Positions 7,908-14,733 of a stretch of 50,428 bases of DNA are shown here, piece by piece. The notes below the pieces were generated by a model that searched no databases, was not told the DNA's origin, and saw nothing but the letters and a program-made list of their open reading frames with translations. How positions within the stretch are numbered: position 1 is the stretch's first letter; every line of letters begins with the position of its first letter. The position numbers and the translations under genes were made by a program. The stretch is from IMG/VR virus record IMGVR_UViG_3300020044_002789, positions 1 through 50,428 of that record. One strand, given 5' to 3'. The stretch comes from a virus (lineage: Duplodnaviria; Caudoviricetes).

Positions 7908-8069
7908 ATGGCTGAATATACTGGAAAACTTATTTTGATTCTCGATTTGTTTGAGGCTGATTCACTAGAGGAGGCTGACGCAATGGTTGACGCTTATGTT
8001 GACGAGATTTCTAATAATCACACGCTAAGTTGGAGTGAAGTTGACTGGAAGTTGGAGGAAGTAGTATAA
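7908..8069 (+). CDS. Small acidic protein (FEADSLEEA motif)
   Basis: GAGGAG RBS before MAEYTGK; promoter TTGACA-17-TATGAT at 7842-7870. Confidence 0.6.
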   Translation: MAEYTGKLILILDLFEADSLEEADAMVDAYVDEISNNHTLSWSEVDWKLEEVV

Positions 8070-8386
8070 TGCTTTATGCTGACCTATACGATTACAATGT
8101 GTGGAGCGATGGTGAGGATGTATCTCTCACCGCCTACGAATGGATGCAACAGGATGGGAAAACTATTATGAATAGCGCAAACTATACATCGCTAAACCTG
8201 AACATCAAAGACCCAGCGAATCGTGATACGATTGCTTGGTTGCTTGAGAACCCTTACTGGGAAGAGGAAGACTGGACTGACCACGATGAATGGATTGACA
8301 TTTCAAAGTGGAAGCGGTCAAACATTCCGCCAAAGGTTGCAGAGTTTCTGGATTCACTAGGCGATTATGTTGAGGTGGTTCAGTAA
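8069..8386 (+). CDS. Hypothetical acidic protein
   Basis: TAATG-coupled ORF. Confidence 0.7.
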   Translation: MLYADLYDYNVWSDGEDVSLTAYEWMQQDGKTIMNSANYTSLNLNIKDPANRDTIAWLLENPYWEEEDWTDHDEWIDISKWKRSNIPPKVAEFLDSLGDYVEVVQ

Positions 8387-8613
8387 TGGATGGCTCAATG
8401 ATGGGTTCTGGCATCTACTCACGAGAGGTTGATTACGATGAGTTTGACTGTGAGAACGAGGATTGCGAAAAGCACAATCAGGCTGGAGAAACCACTACCG
8501 ATGATTACGGAAACTACACTATCGAATGTGGTTTCTGTGGATACACTCATCGTGAGAGCAGTTTGTTTGATGACCGAGATGACCACTTCGCAGATTACGA
8601 CCCGAATAACTAG
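8386..8613 (+). CDS. Small acidic Zn-finger-like protein
   Basis: CENEDC...CGFC; TAATG coupling. Confidence 0.65.
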   Translation: MDGSMMGSGIYSREVDYDEFDCENEDCEKHNQAGETTTDDYGNYTIECGFCGYTHRESSLFDDRDDHFADYDPNN

Positions 8614-8624
8614 AGAGGACACAA

Positions 8625-9131
8625 GTGGCTAGAACAATAAACAATGACGATGCTCTGCTTGATGCTGTTCGTATGGCACGAGTAAGAGAGCGTGAAGCAT
8701 CTCAGATTGCTCGTAGGGAACTACAAGCGATGATTGAGAAGGCAACCAAGAAGGCTCACGCCGAGGTTGTTGCCAGCGTTCGTGCTGCCGTTCTTGGTGG
8801 TCAGTCTGCTCGTCAGATTGGTCTGGCTTACGGCTCAAGTGACCCACACACAATCCGCAAACTGATTGCGGAAGCGACATCAGACATCGCTGGCAACGGA
8901 GATGGAAGCCACCCGGACTGGATGCTAACGAGATTCTCGGATGGCTCATTCCAGATTGAGGTTGTCTCACTTGGTGACACAGGCTTGAGTGGTAGTGCTG
9001 TGTTCAAGATTGACGAAGATGGCGAGAACTTTACCGCCGTTGACGGAGACGCTTGGATTCAGGTGCAGTTATACCGACTAGGATATCGTGATGCGATTAT
9101 GGAAGAATACAGAAAGGCAGAAAATGATTGA
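8625..9131 (+). CDS. Putative HTH DNA-binding protein
   Basis: SARQIGLAYGSSDPHTIRKL helix-turn-helix-like segment. Confidence 0.6.
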   Translation: MARTINNDDALLDAVRMARVREREASQIARRELQAMIEKATKKAHAEVVASVRAAVLGGQSARQIGLAYGSSDPHTIRKLIAEATSDIAGNGDGSHPDWMLTRFSDGSFQIEVVSLGDTGLSGSAVFKIDEDGENFTAVDGDAWIQVQLYRLGYRDAIMEEYRKAEND

Positions 9132-9384
9132 AGACGAGTTTGACCAATACAGTGAGACCGAGGAACAGATTGACTCACTCTCAGAATACTACTCACAGGT
9201 AACTGGCAGGAATATTCTGATGGGCTTTGACAATGACCTTGAGGAAGTCTACATCAACTCAAGCCGAACCAATGGCAACGAATACTTTGAGAGCGTAGAC
9301 GATGCTGAGCGCCGAATCAAGCAGTTGTATTCTGACCTCATCCTAGACGATGAAGACGACTACGATTCTCTGGAGGGTTTTTGA
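9124..9384 (+). CDS. Hypothetical highly acidic protein
   Basis: MIEDEFDQYSETEE...; overlaps neighbours. Confidence 0.65.
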   Translation: MIEDEFDQYSETEEQIDSLSEYYSQVTGRNILMGFDNDLEEVYINSSRTNGNEYFESVDDAERRIKQLYSDLILDDEDDYDSLEGF

Positions 9385-10730
9385 GCCGTTCCAAACTGTC
9401 ACCGCTAATACTTGAACCTCGTCAGGAGGTGGCAGTCAAGAGGATTGTAAGCGAGCCAACTCGTTCGGCTCTGAACGCCTCTCTTATGGGAACAGGTAAA
9501 ACCCTTATGGGAGTTGAGGTGGCTAAGAGAATCAAAGCCAAAGTGGTTTTGATTATTGCACCGCTAAACACTTACTGGGGTTGGTGGGACACCATTCAGC
9601 GACAGAACAACTATGGCGAAACCATTACCAAGATTGACAGCAGTAAGTCTGGTGTCATTGCTTACAATGATTTGCTTAGCGGTCGTGCTGGCTGGTATTT
9701 CATCGGTCGTGAATACTTCCGCACCAAGGAGTGGAGCAAAGCCAAGCCAGATTTGGTTCTGGTTGATGAGTGTCACTTTGCACAGAACAGGGCTAGCAAG
9801 TCATTCAAGGTTCTAAAGACCTTGAACGCTGGTTTCAAGTTGTCAATGTCAGGAACGCCATCAGGCAACAAGTTTGAGGGCTTCTGGGCTGTGACTAGAT
9901 TCCTGTGGAAAGATACTAACATTGTGGATAAGTCTTTCTGGAAGTGGGTTGAGAAGTTTGCGAAGACTGAATACAGCCCATTTGCAGGGGTCGAGATTAC
10001 AGGCGAGCGAGTGCCGGGTGCTTTCGTAAACTCATTGCCTTGCTACATCAGACTTGAGCCGAATCACAATCTTGAGGTTGTTGAGGAGACTAGGTTCGTT
10101 GACCTCGTGCCAGCGCAACGCAAGATTTACGAGAAGTTTGAGCGTGACTTGGTAGTGTGGCTTGAGGAGAACCCGATGGTTGCTGAAGTGCCTATCGCTG
10201 CTCGAATCAGATTGCGACAGATTACTCTTGCTGTGCCGAGCATTGTTGATGAGGAGATTGTCTTTGACGACAACGCTGTGTCAACTAAGTTCAAAGCATT
10301 GCAAGAAATCATTGAAGACAATCCAGACGAACCGATGTTGCTCTTGACAGATTCACAAAAGTATGCTAGTCTAGTTGCAAAGCGACTTGGCGACAAGGCT
10401 TTTGAGTGGTCTGGTAAAGCAAGTCAGCAACAGCGAGAAGTTGCAAAGCAGAAGTTCTTGCGTGGTGAGTTGAAGTATCTTGTTGCCGTTATCCCAGCGA
10501 TTGCTGAGGGTGTTGACGGATTGCAGGATGTTTGCTCAACCATTGTATGGCTATCTCACAGCGACAGTAACCTAATGAACCAGCAGGTTGTTGAGCGTAT
10601 TCGCAGACGAGGACAGAAGAAAGTCGTGAAGATTTACGACATCGTTGCTCGTGACACATATGACGAAGGTCAGATTTCTAACTTGCTGAAACGCCAGTTG
10701 GAGATGAACGCAACTCTTAGAAAGGGGTAA
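9381..10730 (+). CDS. SF2 (SNF2-like) DNA helicase
   Basis: Walker A MGTGKT, DECH box, SGTP motif III, EGVDGLQ and RIRRRGQ C-terminal motifs. Confidence 0.9.
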   Translation: MSRSKLSPLILEPRQEVAVKRIVSEPTRSALNASLMGTGKTLMGVEVAKRIKAKVVLIIAPLNTYWGWWDTIQRQNNYGETITKIDSSKSGVIAYNDLLSGRAGWYFIGREYFRTKEWSKAKPDLVLVDECHFAQNRASKSFKVLKTLNAGFKLSMSGTPSGNKFEGFWAVTRFLWKDTNIVDKSFWKWVEKFAKTEYSPFAGVEITGERVPGAFVNSLPCYIRLEPNHNLEVVEETRFVDLVPAQRKIYEKFERDLVVWLEENPMVAEVPIAARIRLRQITLAVPSIVDEEIVFDDNAVSTKFKALQEIIEDNPDEPMLLLTDSQKYASLVAKRLGDKAFEWSGKASQQQREVAKQKFLRGELKYLVAVIPAIAEGVDGLQDVCSTIVWLSHSDSNLMNQQVVERIRRRGQKKVVKIYDIVARDTYDEGQISNLLKRQLEMNATLRKG

Positions 10731-10732
10731 GT

Positions 10733-10918
10733 ATGGATTGGTTTCTAAACACACTAGGTTTCTTGGCTCTACTATTCTTATTCGGTAGTATCATTATCTC
10801 TGTGGCTGTCCACGCATTTGTCGTTGTCGCACCGCTGTTTGCGAACACGCCTATTCAAAGAGATGACTCTATTTATGTCAAGGTTAGCAGAAAGGCTTAC
10901 GACTATGACGAAGATTGA
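10733..10918 (+). CDS. Small membrane protein
   Basis: Hydrophobic N-terminal half. Confidence 0.55.
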   Translation: MDWFLNTLGFLALLFLFGSIIISVAVHAFVVVAPLFANTPIQRDDSIYVKVSRKAYDYDED

Positions 10919-11144
10919 TTCTGATGGCATCAACAAGTATCTGACTTGGCTGAGAAACATCCAGCTGTATCCACCGCAATATTCCCCGGAGGAGTATGCA
11001 GAATGGATTGAGATGTCAGAGGCTCGTGCTAAAATGACACTCGTAAGAAGCGTCATTGAAAACAAAGACTTGACAGAAAAAGAAATCTGTGCTAAGATAG
11101 TAGAGATTATAAACACAGACTTGGAGGTTGATATTTATGGATGA
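10905..11144 (+). CDS. Hypothetical protein
   Basis: MTKIDSDGINKYL...; contains embedded promoter TTGACA-17-TAAGAT (11070-11098). Confidence 0.6.
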   Translation: MTKIDSDGINKYLTWLRNIQLYPPQYSPEEYAEWIEMSEARAKMTLVRSVIENKDLTEKEICAKIVEIINTDLEVDIYG

Positions 11145-11712
11145 GAAATCAATGAGGGAACGAGAAGAGTTCTTCAATGATGTTGTAGACTTCTTCCCTA
11201 CTGTGGTTGAGAAACCATATGACGAGAAGAAGAATGAGTTCGTTGATGAAGTTGAGCAGAAGCCAAAGCCAAAAAAGCGTAAGGCTAGGCTCAACCCGGA
11301 TGCAACGCCAGTGCTAATCACTGCTGTTACTCTCGTCACCTTGCTAATGATTACTTCGTTCGCGGTGTCATTCAGTGGCATCTACGAAGTATCCGCTTGG
11401 ACTGGTATTCCTCAGTTCATTCAATGGCTACCGGCTGTGTTTATTGACGCTGCTATCCTAGCCTACACTATTTCACTTATTGTTTTCAAGGCTCGTGGGG
11501 AGTCAGTTTGGAGGACTTTACTTGGTTTATCTGGTTTCGCTGCGGTTTCTGTCGTGGCTAACATCTCTCATACTCTTTCTTTCTGGGGGGGTTCTGTTCT
11601 TGATTATCGCGCTTGGGTGGGTGTGCTTATCACCGCTTCTGCTCCTATCGCAGTTCTCCTTGCGAGCGAAGAAATCACTCGTCTCGCGTTTGAACAATCT
11701 GGAGATGAGTAG
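11137..11712 (+). CDS. DUF2637-like integral membrane protein
   Basis: SFAVSFSGIYEVSAW..., PAVFIDAAI, SVVANISH; four TM segments; GGAGG RBS. Confidence 0.7.
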   Translation: MDEKSMREREEFFNDVVDFFPTVVEKPYDEKKNEFVDEVEQKPKPKKRKARLNPDATPVLITAVTLVTLLMITSFAVSFSGIYEVSAWTGIPQFIQWLPAVFIDAAILAYTISLIVFKARGESVWRTLLGLSGFAAVSVVANISHTLSFWGGSVLDYRAWVGVLITASAPIAVLLASEEITRLAFEQSGDE

Positions 11713-11848
11713 ATGAACGATATGATTATTGCTGGTGCAGTAGCACTCTGTGCCACTGTCGGTGTCGTTTACTTGGTGGAATACATCAAGGCTCGCATCC
11801 AAAAGTCAAAGGAGAAATGGGAGGCTGAATACAGGTCTCTCGATTGGT

Positions 11849-11971
11849 ATGACGAAGACTAACAAGTTTGGTTGGTGTATGACTGGACAGCACAGCCTGT
11901 GCAAGAAGGTCATACCCAACTACCAATGTGGTTGTGAATGTCATTTAGAAGAAGGAGACTCAAAATCGTAG
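11849..11971 (+). CDS. Small Cys/His-rich protein
   Basis: MTKTNKFGWCMTGQHSLC...CGCECH. Confidence 0.55.
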   Translation: MTKTNKFGWCMTGQHSLCKKVIPNYQCGCECHLEEGDSKS

Positions 11972-12453
11972 ACTACAAGTTCAAGAAGAAGCCAAGAGGC
12001 ACACACTGCTCAAAGGGTCACGAGTTCACTGAAGAGAACACTTCAATCAGGGCACACGACAACGCACGCATTTGCAGAGAATGTCGAAAGCAATATGCAC
12101 GAGAGAAGTATCAGCAAAACAAACTAAAGAATGGTGGAGTAGCAAGACCGCGAAAAGACAAGTCTGGTTTGATTGAACTTATCGCTGCAATGACTTTACC
12201 GGAAGAAGCCAGCAAGAAGTATCAGATACTGCTTGATGGTCTGGCAAAGACTAGCACACCTTGTGTTGAGAATGGGCCCGAATGGTATACCGATAAGGCA
12301 GCCGAAGTGTCGCTTGACAAAGCAGAAGAACTGTGTTACAATTGCCCCCTCATCAAACAGTGCTACGAATACGCAGTTGCTGCTGACGAAAGTTGGGGTG
12401 TATGGGGCGGAATAAACTTCACAAAAGAGGAGGATGGTTTATTTGAGTTATAG
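11965..12453 (+). CDS. whiB: WhiB-family transcription regulator with N-terminal Zn-binding domain (proposed ATC start; alternative ATG 11938)
   Basis: C...ELCYNCPLIKQCYEYA...WGVWGG WhiB signature; N-terminal THCSKGHEFTEENT...RICREC. Confidence 0.85.
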   Translation: MVDYKFKKKPRGTHCSKGHEFTEENTSIRAHDNARICRECRKQYAREKYQQNKLKNGGVARPRKDKSGLIELIAAMTLPEEASKKYQILLDGLAKTSTPCVENGPEWYTDKAAEVSLDKAEELCYNCPLIKQCYEYAVAADESWGVWGGINFTKEEDGLFEL

Positions 12454-13144
12454 CGATATGGAGGTTGTCAGCCTGACAGCCGGGTTATTCAAGTTGGAAT
12501 CAGAGCGAGACAAGCAACGCAAAGTTGGCGCTTCTCAAATCTCTGACCCTTGCACCAAGCATCTAGCGCACGCACTTATGGGAACGGCACAGCCGGAACA
12601 GAAGTATTGGCTAGGTGGCAAGATTGGAACCGCTGTGCACAGTTTTCTTGAAGACGCAATTGCCAAGACTGGCGATGAGGCTTTCAAGGATGCGATGGTA
12701 GAGCAGAAGATTCAGCTGGGCGAGTTGCTAGACTACGGAATGGTCAACTCTAAGCCAGACTTGGTTCTGCCACACAGCAAGCAGTTGCTAGACTGGAAGA
12801 CCACAACTCGCACCAAGATTAAGAAGTTGCAGAATCTAGTTGCTGGTTTGAAAGACGACAGCGAGAGTATGTATACCCTAAACAAGTATGTGGGTCAGGC
12901 TCAGTTGTATGCTTGGGGCTTGAACAAGTCCGGCACACCGATTGAGCGAGTTACTCTGGTGTTCATCAATCGTGATGGCACTTACGAGAACGACATCTGG
13001 GCTTATGGCTTTGACTACAACGAGCAGTTCGCTGTGCAACTGTGGTCAAGACTTGAATCAATCTGGGAAGAACTACGCAATGGCTCTCACCCCGATTCAT
13101 ACGCCAACAATCCAAACTGCTACAAATGCAACATTGGAATCTGA
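12443..13144 (+). CDS. Cas4-like / PD-(D/E)XK exonuclease
   Basis: GASQISDPC, IGTAVH, PDLV..LLDWKT, QAQLYAWG, C-terminal CYKC; GAGGAGG RBS favours TTG 12443. Confidence 0.85.
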   Translation: MSYSDMEVVSLTAGLFKLESERDKQRKVGASQISDPCTKHLAHALMGTAQPEQKYWLGGKIGTAVHSFLEDAIAKTGDEAFKDAMVEQKIQLGELLDYGMVNSKPDLVLPHSKQLLDWKTTTRTKIKKLQNLVAGLKDDSESMYTLNKYVGQAQLYAWGLNKSGTPIERVTLVFINRDGTYENDIWAYGFDYNEQFAVQLWSRLESIWEELRNGSHPDSYANNPNCYKCNIGI

Positions 13145-13181
13145 CACATCTGACTATAAAATCAAATATGTGTGGTATAAT
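13143..13181 (+). promoter_or_regulatory. Extended -10 promoter with upstream GACAC box
   Basis: GACAC 13143-13147; TGTGG-TATAAT 13171-13181; no consensus -35. Confidence 0.7.
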
Positions 13182-13225
13182 GTTCATCTCACAACAACGC
13201 AACAACAGTTCTAAGGAGGACAATC

Positions 13226-13957
13226 ATCAGTAACACAGAGTTCCCAGAGCTTCCGTTTATGAAGCTAATCCACAAGGCTGAAGCCTTGAACGCGCCAAAG
13301 AGCATCTTGCTTTACGGCGATGCAGGTCGAGGCAAGACTTGGCTAGCAGGTTCAATCTCTGAGGTGGCTGGCTACGAGCCAACTCTCCTCATTGATGTCG
13401 AGGGTGGCGCGTCTGCCATCGCTCGCGACTTCAAGAATGTTGATGTTATCAGCATTACTACCCACGACCAGTTCATGCAGGTAATTGCGTGGCTGCTATC
13501 GGGCAAGGCTAAATACAAGACTGTCATCATTGACACGATTGGTGTAGTCATGGACCGAGCCGAAAAGTTCTTTGGCGAGAAGCCAGAGAACCAGAACAAC
13601 AAGTTCGCCAAGTGGGGCGACTTGAAGAACTGGGCAAACGAAATCTTCCGAGCGATGCACACAGCGCCGTTCGTTAGCATTTTGATTGCTCATGCGCTTG
13701 ACGACAAGGATGAAAGCACTGGTGCAATCAAGACCACTGCAATGCTTCCCGGCTCGTTCAAGAGCACATTGCCATCTATTCCAGACATCGTTGGATATCT
13801 TGGCGTAGAGAACACTGAGGATGGTCCTCAGCGCGTGCTGGTAGTCGGTCAGTCGGAGCGTCTTGTAACCAAGAACCGCTTCAACTTGCCACCAAAGATT
13901 TACCAGCCAACGATGAGTGGCATCATCGAACTAATCAACCAAGGAGGTAACAAATAA
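13226..13957 (+). CDS. AAA_24 / Sak4-like RecA-fold ATPase (proposed ATC start; first ATG 13259)
   Basis: ILLYGDAGRGKT Walker A, LLIDVEGG, TVIIDT, DIVGYL, TKNRF; located between nuclease and SSB-like gene. Confidence 0.85.
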   Translation: MSNTEFPELPFMKLIHKAEALNAPKSILLYGDAGRGKTWLAGSISEVAGYEPTLLIDVEGGASAIARDFKNVDVISITTHDQFMQVIAWLLSGKAKYKTVIIDTIGVVMDRAEKFFGEKPENQNNKFAKWGDLKNWANEIFRAMHTAPFVSILIAHALDDKDESTGAIKTTAMLPGSFKSTLPSIPDIVGYLGVENTEDGPQRVLVVGQSERLVTKNRFNLPPKIYQPTMSGIIELINQGGNK

Positions 13958-14433
13958 TGAGCATTTCGCTTAATTTCACACCAGAAGACCTAGCATCAAC
14001 ATCATCGGGAGACTACTCCGTTGTGCCAGCTGGCTCTTACAACGCAACCATCTTCGATGTGAAGCAGGAAACTGTGAAGTCTGGACCGAACGAGGGTAAG
14101 CCTCGCTTCAACATCCAGTTCCGCATCAGCGATGGACCAAGCGAGAACCGCCGAGTATTTGCTTATGTGGCTCTCTACAAGGCTGGTGACTACTGGAAGA
14201 CCCAAGCGTTCTTCAAGGCGCTAGGTTACGACCTCACCGCTGGAACATTCACTGTTCCATCTCCACAGGAATTGTCAGGCAAGTCAATTGGTTTGCGTGT
14301 CAAGGTGGGGAAAGACCAAGACGGAAATGACCGCAACGAAGTCAGCGGTTTTGACAAGGCAACATCCGTCAATGACCTAATGGCTTCAATTGGTGCGACT
14401 CCGACAACTCCAACTGGGGATGTCTGGGCGTAG
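13957..14433 (+). CDS. DUF669-like single-stranded DNA-binding protein
   Basis: VPAGSYNATIFDV...GKPRFNIQFRI...RRVF...RNEVSGF; AAGGAGG RBS; gene context. Confidence 0.7.
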   Translation: MSISLNFTPEDLASTSSGDYSVVPAGSYNATIFDVKQETVKSGPNEGKPRFNIQFRISDGPSENRRVFAYVALYKAGDYWKTQAFFKALGYDLTAGTFTVPSPQELSGKSIGLRVKVGKDQDGNDRNEVSGFDKATSVNDLMASIGATPTTPTGDVWA

Positions 14434-14444
14434 TCCGAATGGGC

Positions 14445-14472
14445 AATCCTGAGCATGATTTAAAACTGCTCA
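14445..14472 (+). other. Predicted compact H-type RNA pseudoknot
   Basis: AATC/GATT stem 1, TGAGCA/TGCTCA stem 2, A-rich loop TAAAAC. Confidence 0.45.
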
Positions 14473-14475
14473 CAA

Positions 14476-14548
14476 GCCCCCACTGGTGTTACACGCTTTG
14501 CTCTCCTCCTTTGTGCGTGTAGTCTGAGTTCGATTCTCAGCCGGGGCA
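14476..14548 (+). ncRNA. tRNA-like RNA with anti-Shine-Dalgarno loop
   Basis: GCCCC/GGGGC closing stem, T-arm CTGAG-TTCGATT-CTCAG, TACACGC/GCGTGTA stem enclosing TTTGCTCTCCTCCTTTGT; ends 4 nt before tRNA-Thr. Confidence 0.7.
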
Positions 14549-14552
14549 CGAT

Positions 14553-14628
14553 GCCCCCTTAGCTCAGTTGGCAGAGCGCAATACTTGTAATATTGATGTC
14601 ATCGGTTCGATTCCGGTAGGGGGCTCCA
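14553..14628 (+). tRNA. tRNA-Thr(UGU)
   Basis: Full cloverleaf, acceptor GCCCCCT/AGGGGGC, anticodon loop CT-TGT-AA, encoded CCA. Confidence 0.95.
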
Positions 14629-14629
14629 A

Positions 14630-14702
14630 TGGGGCATAGCTCAGATGGCAGAGCGTTCGGCTGTTAACCGAAATGTCGCAGGTTCGAGCCCTGCTGCCCC
14701 AG
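14630..14702 (+). tRNA. tRNA-Asn(GUU)
   Basis: Full cloverleaf, acceptor TGGGGCA/TGCCCCA, anticodon loop CT-GTT-AA, CCA not encoded. Confidence 0.95.
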
Positions 14703-14733
14703 CAATAAAATAACTACTATCAGAGGAGGATAT

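Noticed and set aside
12443-13144. Cas4-like gene as part of a CRISPR-Cas system
   Set aside because: No repeat-spacer array or other cas genes seen. Solo Cas4-like nucleases beside AAA/SSB genes are standard phage recombination modules.
14380-14445. HDV-like (theta) ribozyme near the tRNA cluster, prompted by CGAATGGG
   Set aside because: I could not build the P1/P2/P3 nested pseudoknot, and the position is 5' rather than 3' of the tRNAs.
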